Shown here one piece after another: positions 31,260-39,937 of a stretch of 45,475 bases of DNA. The position numbers were made by a program, and so were the translations under genes. The stretch's first letter is position 1, and each line of letters begins with the position of its first letter. The notes beneath the pieces are model-generated. The model saw only the letters and a program-made list of their open reading frames with translations, was not told the DNA's origin and did not search any database. The DNA is from an uncultured Candidatus Saccharibacteria bacterium (GTDB taxonomy: Bacteria; Patescibacteriota; Minisyncoccia; Phycocordibacterales; UBA918), in contig CAZMYZ010000007.1 of the NCBI GenBank assembly GCA_964570795.1, forward strand, positions 1 through 45,475, in the 5' to 3' direction.

Positions 31260-32966
31260 ATGCGCTTCTTTAGAAAAAACAAAAAACCAGAAATTTCCTT
31301 TGATGAAATTTTGCTCGATGCATCAAATCTTCCATCCTTCAACACAGGCCGCATGGAGGGTCGTATTGAGTTACCTCTGAGTCGTAACAGTATGTACGGC
31401 GTAGGAGTTATTTTTGGGTGTATCATGCTCGCATTTCTTGGGCAACTTTTTAAACTACAAATTATCCAAGGTGCAGAACTGGCCGAAAAAAGTGAGCATA
31501 ATCGTCTTGAAACAGGGGTGGTGGTAGCAGAGCGCGGTATTGTATATGACCGCTATGGTGAACTCGTTGCATGGAATGAAATCGATACCACCGAGCAATA
31601 TGATTTCCCGGTGCGTGCATATACTGATAGGCGCGGCTTTGGACAACTCATTGGCTATGTGAGTTATCCGCAAAAAGACAAATCAGGATTCTATTTCCGT
31701 ACCGATTACATTGGTCGCAACGGTATTGAAGAAACGTATGAAGAAACACTCCATGGAGAAAATGGCGAACAGTTGGTGGAGGTTAATGTGTATGGAGAGG
31801 TAATCGCGGAAAACGTGGTAGATAAAGCAACTCCTGGAGGAGAGATACATCTATCACTCGATGCAGCACTTTCGGAAGTGATGTACGACCTCATCGCTAC
31901 TACTACTGAAAAGAATGGTTTCCGTAGTGGTGCGGGAGCAATGATTGATGTGCATACAGGGGAGATTATTGCACTTACGAGTTTCCCCTCATATGATCCT
32001 GAGGTGCTCGCTGATGGGGATGATGTCGATCTTATTCAGTCATACAATGATGACCCGCGATTTCCATTTCTCAATAAGGTGACAGGCGGCGTATATACAC
32101 CAGGGTCTATTGTGAAGCCTATTGTGGCGTATGGCGCACTTGCAGAAAATATCATTAGTCCAAACAAGGTGATCGTCAGTACGGGTGCAATCACTATTCC
32201 AAATCCCTATGATCCGAGCAATCCTGCAGTCTTTCGTGACTGGCGTTCAACCCTCGGAGCGATGACTATTCGTGATGCGATTGCCTATTCTTCAAACGTA
32301 TTTTTGATGACGATTGGTGGTGGGCATGGTGATCAAAAAGGTCTTGGTATTACACGTCTCAACAAATACTTTCGTCTCTTCGGGCTTGGTGCCTCTACGG
32401 GTATCGCGCTTTCGGGCGAGCAGATTGGTCTTGTGCCAACTCCTGAATGGAAGCAAGAAGTATTCAAAGATGATTGGCGCTTAGGGGATACCTACCTCAC
32501 TTCAATCGGACAATTTGGTTTTCAGACCACACCGCTACAGATGCTTCGTGCATATGCTGCACTTGCAAACGGTGGGACACTCGTGACGCCACATCTTATT
32601 TTGGGAGATACGGGGGAACAAAAAGATATTGGACTTATCTCTGAAGATTTGAAGGTGGTACAGGAAGGTATGCGTGCTACGGTAATTCAAGAAGGCGGTA
32701 CTGCACGCGCACTGGAGCGCAAGGACGTTGCCATAGCTGCAAAATCAGGTACCGCAGAACTTGGTACCTCAAAAGCGTATGTGAACTCATGGATTGCGGG
32801 TTATTTCCCTTATGAAAAACCAAAGTACGCGTTCATTCTTTTTATGGAGTATGGCCCACGAAGCAATGCGGTGGGAGCCGGCTCCGTAATGGGGAAAGTA
32901 TTTGATTGGATGGCAATGCATCGTCCGGAATACTTTGGTAATACACAAGAATCCAATGCTGAATGA
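31260..32966 (+). CDS. mrdA: Penicillin-binding protein 2 (elongation transpeptidase)
   Basis: The start MRFFRKNKKP lies 2 nt after the previous stop. The three transpeptidase motifs are SIVK (TPGSIVKP), SSN (YSSNVF) and KSGT (AKSGTAE). It has an N-terminal TM segment and a dimerisation domain. Confidence 0.85.
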   Translation: MRFFRKNKKPEISFDEILLDASNLPSFNTGRMEGRIELPLSRNSMYGVGVIFGCIMLAFLGQLFKLQIIQGAELAEKSEHNRLETGVVVAERGIVYDRYGELVAWNEIDTTEQYDFPVRAYTDRRGFGQLIGYVSYPQKDKSGFYFRTDYIGRNGIEETYEETLHGENGEQLVEVNVYGEVIAENVVDKATPGGEIHLSLDAALSEVMYDLIATTTEKNGFRSGAGAMIDVHTGEIIALTSFPSYDPEVLADGDDVDLIQSYNDDPRFPFLNKVTGGVYTPGSIVKPIVAYGALAENIISPNKVIVSTGAITIPNPYDPSNPAVFRDWRSTLGAMTIRDAIAYSSNVFLMTIGGGHGDQKGLGITRLNKYFRLFGLGASTGIALSGEQIGLVPTPEWKQEVFKDDWRLGDTYLTSIGQFGFQTTPLQMLRAYAALANGGTLVTPHLILGDTGEQKDIGLISEDLKVVQEGMRATVIQEGGTARALERKDVAIAAKSGTAELGTSKAYVNSWIAGYFPYEKPKYAFILFMEYGPRSNAVGAGSVMGKVFDWMAMHRPEYFGNTQESNAE

Positions 32967-32996
32967 TATGTCAAGGAACAGCGTTTTTTCCCCACG

Positions 32997-33024
32997 TTGA
33001 CTTCGAAGGTATGCTACGTATAAT
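32997..33024 (+). promoter_or_regulatory. Near-consensus sigma70 promoter for greA (TTGACT - 16 nt - TATAAT)
   Basis: Read directly from the sequence. The -10 box ends 28 nt upstream of the greA ATG at 33053. Confidence 0.55.
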
Positions 33025-33052
33025 TGACTCACTAACTTATTTACACATACAT

Positions 33053-33526
33053 ATGAATGAACCACACGACTCATTTTTAACACAAGAAAAATTTGAGGAA
33101 CTCAAGAAAGAACTCGATCACCTCAAAACGGTTCGTCGTAAGGAAGTAGCGGAGTCACTCGAGTACGCACGTAGTCTTGGCGACATTTCAGAAAATGCTG
33201 AGTACCAGGAAGCACGCGATATGCAGGCTGCTATCGAAGAGCGCATTCAGTATCTTGAGAAGGTTATTAAGGAAGCCAAGATTGTCGCAAGCAACAATAA
33301 GGGGGACGTCGTGGGACTTGGCTCTGAGGTAACCATCCAAAAGGGTAATGAAGGTGAAAACCGCACCTACACCATTGTGGGTTCAGAAGAGGCAAACATT
33401 CATGAACATAAACTCTCATATCTTTCACCACTTGGTGAAGCGCTTATGGGTAAGGCAAAGGGCGATGCATTCACCTTTGAAACTCCTGGTGGGAAGCAGA
33501 CGTATACTGTACTTAAGGTGGCATAA
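33053..33526 (+). CDS. greA: Transcription elongation factor GreA
   Basis: LTQEKFEELKKELDHLKTVRRKEVAESLEYARSLGDISENAEYQEARDMQ is the GreA coiled-coil finger. The C-terminal globular domain contains ISYLSPLGEALMGK. Confidence 0.9.
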   Translation: MNEPHDSFLTQEKFEELKKELDHLKTVRRKEVAESLEYARSLGDISENAEYQEARDMQAAIEERIQYLEKVIKEAKIVASNNKGDVVGLGSEVTIQKGNEGENRTYTIVGSEEANIHEHKLSYLSPLGEALMGKAKGDAFTFETPGGKQTYTVLKVA

Positions 33527-33535
33527 AGCGAAACA

Positions 33536-33562
33536 AAAAGTGTCCCTGCGGACACTTTTGCG
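33536..33562 (+). terminator. Terminator after greA
   Basis: AAAAGTGTCC CTGC GGACACTTTT stem. Confidence 0.6.
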
Positions 33563-33671
33563 CTTTATGAACCGGAGCGATGTTTTGGCTATTCCTAATG
33601 CCAAAACCGCGAGGTCGGGCAGGAGGTACTTATGAGCGTTAGCGAATTAGTAACCAGACGCTAGAATTTTG

Positions 33672-33714
33672 AAACCCCGTGACTTGCCTTCGCAAGTCAC
33701 GGGGTTTTCATTTT
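33672..33714 (+). terminator. Second, stronger terminator 29 nt upstream of the lysS start
   Basis: 16-bp perfect stem AAACCCCGTGACTTGC CTTC GCAAGTCACGGGGTTT followed by TCATTTT. Confidence 0.7.
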
Positions 33715-33742
33715 CCTCATTCGACGCTACTATAGACCCATT

Positions 33743-35197
33743 ATGTCAGCCATAGAAGAAATACGCGCAGAGCGTCTGAAGAAATTAGCAATACTCGAAG
33801 AACGGGGAATTAACCCGTATCCAGCCACGACAAAGCGTACGCATCATGTGGCAGATATCCTGTCTGCATTTGATTCATTTGTAGCAGAAGGAACTCCTGT
33901 TACCCTTGCAGGGCGACTCATGATTGTGCGTGGGCAAGGCGCTATTCTTTTTGCCGATATTCAGGATAACGGCGTAAAGTTTCAGGCAGTCTTCAAAAGT
34001 GATGTGCTGACTGAAGAGTCGTTCACTCTTTTTAAAGATGTGATAGACAATGGTGACTTCATCGAGGTGACAGGTATTATCTTTGCTACTGACAAAGGAC
34101 AGCAATCAATACTCGTGAGTGAGTGGGGAATGCTTGCAAAAAGTCTCCTCCCGCTCCCTGATAAATATCACGGGCTTCAAGACGAAGAAGAACGCCTTCG
34201 TAAGCGCTACCTCGACATTCTCTCTAATCCTGAATTGCGCGCACTCTTTCAGCGCAAAGAGCGTTTTTGGGATGTGACGCGCACATTCATGAAGACGCGT
34301 GGCTTTGCTGAGGTAGAAACGCCTACACTCGAGGTGACCACCGGCGGCGCAGAGGCGCGCCCCTTCCGTACCCATCACAATGACTTTGACCTTGATGTAT
34401 TTCTCCGTATCTCGGTAGGTGAACTCTGGCAGAAGCGCCTCCTCGCCTCCGGCTACGATAAGACCTTTGAAATCGGTCGTGTATATCGCAACGAGGGTAC
34501 GAGCCCCAACCATCTTCAGGAATTCACCAATATGGAAAGTTACCAAGCCTTTGCAAATTACGAAGAGGGTATGGTGATGGTGCAAAACCTCTATCGCACT
34601 ATTGCACACGAGGTGTACGGCAAGACTGAGTTCACCTACGGTGCACACACCTTTGATTTTGCATCAGAGTGGCCACGTATCAAGTACGCAGAAGAAATAG
34701 AACGACAGACAGGCTTGCATCCCGTGTATGCAGATGAGGAGGCAATAAAAGCAAAACTCCAGGAACTCGGTGTGCAGTATGAAGGTGACACCAAAGAGCG
34801 TCTCATGGATACTTTGTGGAAATACTGTCGCAAGAATATTGCAGGCCCTGCATTCCTTATTGATCATCCAAAACTCGTTTCACCACTTGCAAAAGAAAAT
34901 GAAGGTGGCGAAAGCGTACAACGCTTCCAACCTATCATTGCAGGTACTGAGGTGGGGAATGGGTACTCAGAACTCAACAACCCTATTGAACAAAAAGCGC
35001 GCTTCGATGTGCAGCAAGTGCTGCTCCAGGGTGGTGATGAAGAAGCGATGATGCCCGATGATGAATTTGTCGAGATGCTTGAACACGGTATGCCTCCTGC
35101 ATGTGGCTTCGGCTTCGGCGAGCGCCTCTTCGCAATACTCGAAAACAAACCCCTCCGCGACGTGCAATTATTCCCGCTCATGCGCCCGAAGGATTAG
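33743..35197 (+). CDS. lysS: Lysyl-tRNA synthetase, class II
   Basis: N-terminal OB-fold domain. Motif 2 is FEIGRVYRNEGTSPNHLQEFTNMESY and motif 3 is PPACGFGFGERL. Confidence 0.92.
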   Translation: MSAIEEIRAERLKKLAILEERGINPYPATTKRTHHVADILSAFDSFVAEGTPVTLAGRLMIVRGQGAILFADIQDNGVKFQAVFKSDVLTEESFTLFKDVIDNGDFIEVTGIIFATDKGQQSILVSEWGMLAKSLLPLPDKYHGLQDEEERLRKRYLDILSNPELRALFQRKERFWDVTRTFMKTRGFAEVETPTLEVTTGGAEARPFRTHHNDFDLDVFLRISVGELWQKRLLASGYDKTFEIGRVYRNEGTSPNHLQEFTNMESYQAFANYEEGMVMVQNLYRTIAHEVYGKTEFTYGAHTFDFASEWPRIKYAEEIERQTGLHPVYADEEAIKAKLQELGVQYEGDTKERLMDTLWKYCRKNIAGPAFLIDHPKLVSPLAKENEGGESVQRFQPIIAGTEVGNGYSELNNPIEQKARFDVQQVLLQGGDEEAMMPDDEFVEMLEHGMPPACGFGFGERLFAILENKPLRDVQLFPLMRPKD

Positions 35198-35199
35198 GT

Positions 35200-36057
35200 A
35201 TGTCTCCCTTCTTTTTTCTTCTCCTTGCATTTCTGTTTTCCATCGCAAATAGACTGTATTTAAAGTACGCACTCTATACAATTGATGGGTATGCTCTTGC
35301 GCTCGCTTCGAACATACCAGGTATTCTCATTCTGCTACCTTTTGTTTGGTATCAAATACCACTTATATATGGCATCACTATATCTGAGATAATTTTCATT
35401 CTAGTTACGGGAGCACTGGGGTCGTATGTAATGTGGGTGGGGAATATTACTACAGCATTCAACCACTTTTCTTTTCAGGAAATAATTCGCCTGACGAGAG
35501 TGCTTTTTGTTGTGCTTGGTGGTGTGCTGTTCTTTCATGAATCTCTCTCATACGGCGATACGTTTGGTATTGGACTCATCATACTTGCTGTGTGTATTAT
35601 TTCATGGAAACAGTTTTCATTTAAAGAACACATTACTTCTCGAGCATTACTCCTTACATGGTCAGTGACGCTTGTTGGTGCCCTCATCGCACTGTTTGAA
35701 AAGAAAATTGTACTCAGTTTACCTGTGGCACTCTACACATTTCTTGTATACCTGCTTACTTCTTTTTTCCTTTTACTTTTCTTGAATACTAAGCGAAGAG
35801 TGTCACTGAGCAATACAATACGACATCATACTCGTAAGGTGTTTATAGCATCACTTTTTATGCTTGGTGCGTACTACTTTGGTCTAAAGGCATATCAACT
35901 TCTTCCAATATCAATTGCATATCCAATTATTCAAAGTTCTACCGTAGTAGGGGTACTTGTTGCCACGGTTCTTTTTGAAAAGAATGATAATCTTTTCAAA
36001 AAGGCATTCGCTGCGATAGTTGCTGTGGTGGGTATTGTTATCATCAAATTCTTTTAA
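35200..36057 (+). CDS. EamA/DMT-family transporter (about 10 TM helices)
   Basis: The start MSPFFFLLLAFLFSIAN lies 2 nt after the lysS stop. The protein has two similar five-helix halves and is very hydrophobic. Confidence 0.65.
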   Translation: MSPFFFLLLAFLFSIANRLYLKYALYTIDGYALALASNIPGILILLPFVWYQIPLIYGITISEIIFILVTGALGSYVMWVGNITTAFNHFSFQEIIRLTRVLFVVLGGVLFFHESLSYGDTFGIGLIILAVCIISWKQFSFKEHITSRALLLTWSVTLVGALIALFEKKIVLSLPVALYTFLVYLLTSFFLLLFLNTKRRVSLSNTIRHHTRKVFIASLFMLGAYYFGLKAYQLLPISIAYPIIQSSTVVGVLVATVLFEKNDNLFKKAFAAIVAVVGIVIIKFF

Positions 36058-36075
36058 CAGGAAACGCGAAAAAAT

Positions 36076-36105
36076 AAAAACCCGACGCGAAGCGTCGGGT
36101 TTTTT
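36076..36105 (+). terminator. Terminator after the transporter gene
   Basis: CCCGACGC GAA GCGTCGGG stem flanked by AAAAA and TTTTTT. Confidence 0.8.
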
Positions 36106-36112
36106 GCGGTGA

Positions 36113-36178
36113 GGAACTTCCATAATCTCGCTCCGCTCCCTGCCAAGCGACTACGCGTTGCGAGATTAAGGAAGTTCC
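36113..36178. repeat. 19-bp inverted repeat (one mismatch) enclosing a 28-nt loop
   Basis: GGAACTTCCATAATCTCGC at 36113-36131 pairs with GCGAGATTAAGGAAGTTCC at 36160-36178. Confidence 0.7.
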
Positions 36179-36208
36179 GAAAGTATTGTGTGAGTTATGC
36201 ACAGATTT

Positions 36209-36275
36209 GTGTGGGGGTGTGGTAGACGGTGGGGGAGAGTGGTATATAATGTACATGTGGTGGGAGATAGTGGTA
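36209..36275 (+). promoter_or_regulatory. mraZ promoter with a phased array of GTGG boxes (candidate MraZ operator)
   Basis: GTGG cores begin at 36211, 36219, 36229, 36239, 36257/36260 and 36270, mostly about 10 nt apart. They surround a perfect TATAAT at 36245-36250, with TAGACG as a possible -35 box 16 nt upstream. Confidence 0.5.
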
Positions 36276-36320
36276 AACTATGAAAATAGTTTAACAGTAT
36301 TGAGTTCATCAATCATTCAC

Positions 36321-36755
36321 ATGCTGATTGGAGAGTACACACACAATATCGATGCCAAGAAACGGCTGTCCTTACCTTCTAAGTGGAGGAAGGAACTTGG
36401 TAAGAAACTTGTAGTGACTCGTGGACTTGATAACTGTCTCTTTGTTTATCCCTTGAAAGAGTGGGAGAAAATTACCGAGAAAATCGGTAGACTCCCGCTC
36501 GGACAGGCGGATACAAGAGGGTTCAATCGATTTTTCCTTTCGGGGGCAGTCGAAGTGGAGGTAGATACTGTAGGACGAATTCTCGTTCCTGATTTCTTAA
36601 AGGTGTTCGCTGGCTTGACCACAAAGGTCGTCCTTGCGGGTATCCATGATCGTGTAGAAATGTGGGATGAGAATCGGTGGAGTGAGTATAAGAAACGCAT
36701 TGAAGGGCAAGCAGATGCTCTCGCTGAGAAGCTTGGCGAGATTGGAGTCCTTTAA
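36321..36755 (+). CDS. mraZ: Transcriptional regulator MraZ
   Basis: MLIGEYTHNIDAKKRLSLPSKWRKEL..LVVTRGLDNCLFVYP, followed by a second SpoVT-AbrB-like half containing DTVGRILVP. Confidence 0.9.
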   Translation: MLIGEYTHNIDAKKRLSLPSKWRKELGKKLVVTRGLDNCLFVYPLKEWEKITEKIGRLPLGQADTRGFNRFFLSGAVEVEVDTVGRILVPDFLKVFAGLTTKVVLAGIHDRVEMWDENRWSEYKKRIEGQADALAEKLGEIGVL

Positions 36756-36758
36756 GAG

Positions 36759-36884
36759 TAAGAGTCCATCAAATAACTTTCAGATACGAGGCGTCGAGGA
36801 GTGAGAACATGAGTTGTACACATGTACGGTGAATGTTCGAACGACGAAAACAACGAAGTAGATGAAGTTAGTGGATGGGCTATA
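36759..36884. repeat. Short (about 126 nt) inverted copy of the element found after murF
   Basis: Three blocks match the reverse complement of 41228..41543. Block 1: 36780-36817 vs 41487-41524, 35 of 38. Block 2: 36824-36845 vs 41342-41363, 22 of 22. Block 3: 36856-36881 vs 41231-41256, 23 of 26. The ends are AGAGTCCATCA and TGGATGGGCTAT. Confidence 0.8.
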
Positions 36885-36897
36885 AGTTACATGGCGT

Positions 36898-37800
36898 ATG
36901 AAATCTCATAGAACTGTACTTACAGACGAGGCGGTAGCGGCACTCGCGATCAATGATTCTTCTGTGGTTGTTGATGCAACGCTTGGCTCATCGGGCCATG
37001 CAAAACGCATTATCGAGACACTCGGCTCACGCGGAGTGTTTGTCGGAATAGATGCCGATGTGACTGCAATTGAGAACGGTGCTGAGGTGCTCAAGGGGAG
37101 CGCATGCACCATACATCTCTCTAATGACAACTTCAGAACAATTGACTCAATTTTAGAACAACTTCACATAGAGCATGCTGATGCGATTCTGGCTGACCTT
37201 GGTTGGCGGATGGAACAGTTTAGCGGCAATGGGAAGGGCTTTTCTTTCCAGGTGGATGAACCACTTCTTATGACGTTTGGTGACCCAAAGGATTATGTCT
37301 TCACGGCACGTGACATCATAAATGAGTGGGACGAAGAAAATCTCATCAATATCCTTCGCGGATACGGTGAAGAACGCTTCGCCGGACGCATTGCGCGACA
37401 CATCGTCGAGGCACGTGCCGAAAAGCCAATCGACACCACCTTCCAACTCGTTGCCATTATTGAGGCTGCAGTACCCGCTTTCTACAAGCGCGCACGCATC
37501 CACTGTGCCACACGCACCTTTCAGGCACTTCGCATCACGGTGAACGACGAGTTTGCAGCACTTGAAGACTTTATTAAGAAGTCAGTCGCACTCCTTGTGC
37601 CGCACGGTCGACTCGCCATCATTACGTTTCATAGTATTGAAGACCGCATTGTAAAGCATCTCTTTAAAACCCTTGCACACGATCATATCGGTATCGTGCA
37701 TACCAAAAAACCAATTATTGCATCACAAGAAGAATTACAAGAAAATCCCCGCGCACGCAGCGCCAAATTACGTATCTTTGAGAAACATGAGGAAGTATAA
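36898..37800 (+). CDS. rsmH: 16S rRNA (cytosine1402-N4)-methyltransferase RsmH (MraW)
   Basis: HRTVLTDEAV....VVDATLGSSGHAKRII, DLGWRMEQF, IITFHSIEDRIVK and ENPRARSAKLR. Confidence 0.9.
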   Translation: MKSHRTVLTDEAVAALAINDSSVVVDATLGSSGHAKRIIETLGSRGVFVGIDADVTAIENGAEVLKGSACTIHLSNDNFRTIDSILEQLHIEHADAILADLGWRMEQFSGNGKGFSFQVDEPLLMTFGDPKDYVFTARDIINEWDEENLINILRGYGEERFAGRIARHIVEARAEKPIDTTFQLVAIIEAAVPAFYKRARIHCATRTFQALRITVNDEFAALEDFIKKSVALLVPHGRLAIITFHSIEDRIVKHLFKTLAHDHIGIVHTKKPIIASQEELQENPRARSAKLRIFEKHEEV

Positions 37801-38101
37801 AACTACAACAGCATATAAGGACGAATCGCGCCTTTTTTACCTTGCGCTCTCGTGTTTTGTTGTGGTACTTTCTCTCTATATGTATTTCGTGAGTTCATCA
37901 GTCCTTAATGTGGTGATGCGTAAAGAAGTAGATACCCGTATTGCTGAAGTTGGGACAGTCATTAGTGACCTTGAGGCAACGTACATCGAAATGCAACATG
38001 ATGTCAGTAGCGACATTGCGACACATCGTGGCTTTGTCATGGCAGATAAGAAGATTTTTATAGACCGTACCACCGACACTCTTTCCTTATTACAAAACTA
38101 G
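37787..38101 (+). CDS. Small bitopic membrane protein in the ftsL position
   Basis: The start MRKYKTTTAYKDESRLFYLALSCFVVVLSLYMYFV overlaps the rsmH end by 14 nt. It has one TM segment and a short coiled coil. The assignment rests on position only. Confidence 0.5.
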   Translation: MRKYKTTTAYKDESRLFYLALSCFVVVLSLYMYFVSSSVLNVVMRKEVDTRIAEVGTVISDLEATYIEMQHDVSSDIATHRGFVMADKKIFIDRTTDTLSLLQN

Positions 38102-38110
38102 CATTCCAAC

Positions 38111-39817
38111 ATGAGGCGTGACGCAGTAACTAGAATACGCATCATTACCGGGACAGTACTCGCATTCATGTGTGTACTGATTATTCGTTTGTATTTTATA
38201 CAAGTGATGCATGGTGATGAGTATCGTGCTTCTGGTGAAAGTCAGTATGTGCACACCGTGCGAGAACTCTACAATCGCGGAAGCGTGTACTTTACCACCA
38301 AAGATGGTGAAAAAGTTTCAGCAGCCACCATTAAGACCGGATACCTTCTCGCCATAGATCCAAGCAAAATTGCTGATGCAGAGCAGGTATATAGTGCTTT
38401 GAGTGCAATCATTCCTCTCGACCACGATATGTTTGTCGAGCGAGCAAACCGCAAGGATAAAACATACCAAGAAATTGAAAAGCAAGTAGAAAATGATGAT
38501 GCAGATACTATTGAGGCACTGAAGCTCCCTGGAGTGAAACTCTATCGCAACCAATGGCGCTACTATCCAGGTAAGTCACTCGCTGCACGTACGATTGGTT
38601 TTATTGGATACGATGGTGATGCGCTCGTGGGGAAGTATGGGCTCGAGCGCTACTACAACGACACACTCGTGCGTGACACTGATCACATGAGTGTTAATTT
38701 CTTTGCAGAACTTTTTAGTAATCTTGGCACCTTAGTTTTTGATGCCTCTGATGCCACTGAGGGTGATGTGGTTACTACCATAGAGCCTACCGTAGCACGT
38801 ACGCTCGATAGAGTGCTTGAGGATGAGCAAAAGCGATGGAATAGCAGTGTAACAGGCGGCATTATCATCAATCCAAAAAATGGCGAGATTATTGCACTCA
38901 ACGTCGTGCCTTCGTATGATTTGAATAATAGAAGTGGCATCGATATCGAATCCTTCCGTAATCCACTTATTGAAAACGTGTATGAGATGGGTTCTATCAT
39001 TAAGCCACTCACCGTTGCAGCGGGTCTTGATGCGGGGGTGATTACCCCACAGAGTACATACTATGACCCGGGGTGTATTGTGCTCAGTGAAAAGAAAATT
39101 TGTAACTACGATGGACGTGGACGAGGTACGGTGGCGATGCAAGAAGTTTTGAGTCAGTCGCTCAACACTGGTGTGGCGCACATCACCTCACTTCTCGGTA
39201 AAGAGCGTTTTCGTAAATATTTTTATGGACTCAAACTTGGCTCGGAGACAGGGATAGACTTGCCGAGCGAAGGACATGGCCTGGTAAAAAACCTCGAGGA
39301 GAATCGTGAACTCGAACTTGCCAATGCATCTTTCGGGCAGGGAATAGCACTGACCCCAATTGCTACCGTGCGTGCACTTTCGACGCTCGCGAACGGCGGT
39401 ATGCTCATCACTCCACACCTTGTAAAGCGTGTGGAATATAAAGACGGCACTACACATGATGTGGGATACGCCGAGGGCGAGCGTGTATTCACCGAAGAGA
39501 CGAGTGAAGACATTACGCGTATGCTCGTAACAGTAGTGGATAAGGCGCTGAAGGGTGGAAAGGCAAAAAATGAGTACTACACTATTGCTGCGAAAACAGG
39601 TACTGCACAGATTGCCGACCCTACTGGCGGATACTACGATGACCGTTATTTACACTCGTTTTTTGGCTATTTCCCGGCATATGACCCGCAATTCCTTATT
39701 TTCCTGTATACTGTGGAGCCGAAGGGGGTACAATACGCGTCTGAGACTTTGACAGACCCTTTCATTGATTTAGTACAATTCCTCATTAATTACTACGCAC
39801 TGCCCCCCGACCGATAA
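38111..39817 (+). CDS. ftsI: Division transpeptidase FtsI (class B PBP)
   Basis: N-terminal TM segment, then the three transpeptidase motifs SIIK (GSIIKP), SLN (SQSLNTG) and KTGT (AKTGTAQ). Confidence 0.85.
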   Translation: MRRDAVTRIRIITGTVLAFMCVLIIRLYFIQVMHGDEYRASGESQYVHTVRELYNRGSVYFTTKDGEKVSAATIKTGYLLAIDPSKIADAEQVYSALSAIIPLDHDMFVERANRKDKTYQEIEKQVENDDADTIEALKLPGVKLYRNQWRYYPGKSLAARTIGFIGYDGDALVGKYGLERYYNDTLVRDTDHMSVNFFAELFSNLGTLVFDASDATEGDVVTTIEPTVARTLDRVLEDEQKRWNSSVTGGIIINPKNGEIIALNVVPSYDLNNRSGIDIESFRNPLIENVYEMGSIIKPLTVAAGLDAGVITPQSTYYDPGCIVLSEKKICNYDGRGRGTVAMQEVLSQSLNTGVAHITSLLGKERFRKYFYGLKLGSETGIDLPSEGHGLVKNLEENRELELANASFGQGIALTPIATVRALSTLANGGMLITPHLVKRVEYKDGTTHDVGYAEGERVFTEETSEDITRMLVTVVDKALKGGKAKNEYYTIAAKTGTAQIADPTGGYYDDRYLHSFFGYFPAYDPQFLIFLYTVEPKGVQYASETLTDPFIDLVQFLINYYALPPDR

Positions 39818-39937
39818 CCGTATGAATTTTATTAACAAGCTTTTGACTTTAGAGTGGTGCGTCGCAATGAGGCATTTTGAGAGCACATTGCGACGGCCTA
39901 GATTTTCTAAGTCGCTACGCTCATAAGAAAATCTGGC

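Noticed and set aside
33560-33714. The region upstream of lysS was tested as a T-box, a lysine riboswitch or an SRP RNA.
   Set aside because: ACCGCGAG is present, but the GGUGG/UGGN T-box core and an antiterminator pairing with the terminator 5' arm are missing. There is no L-box-like AGAGGCGC start. GAGGTCGGGCAGGAGG only loosely resembles the SRP GGUCCGGAAGGAAGC and cannot form the GNRA-capped helix.
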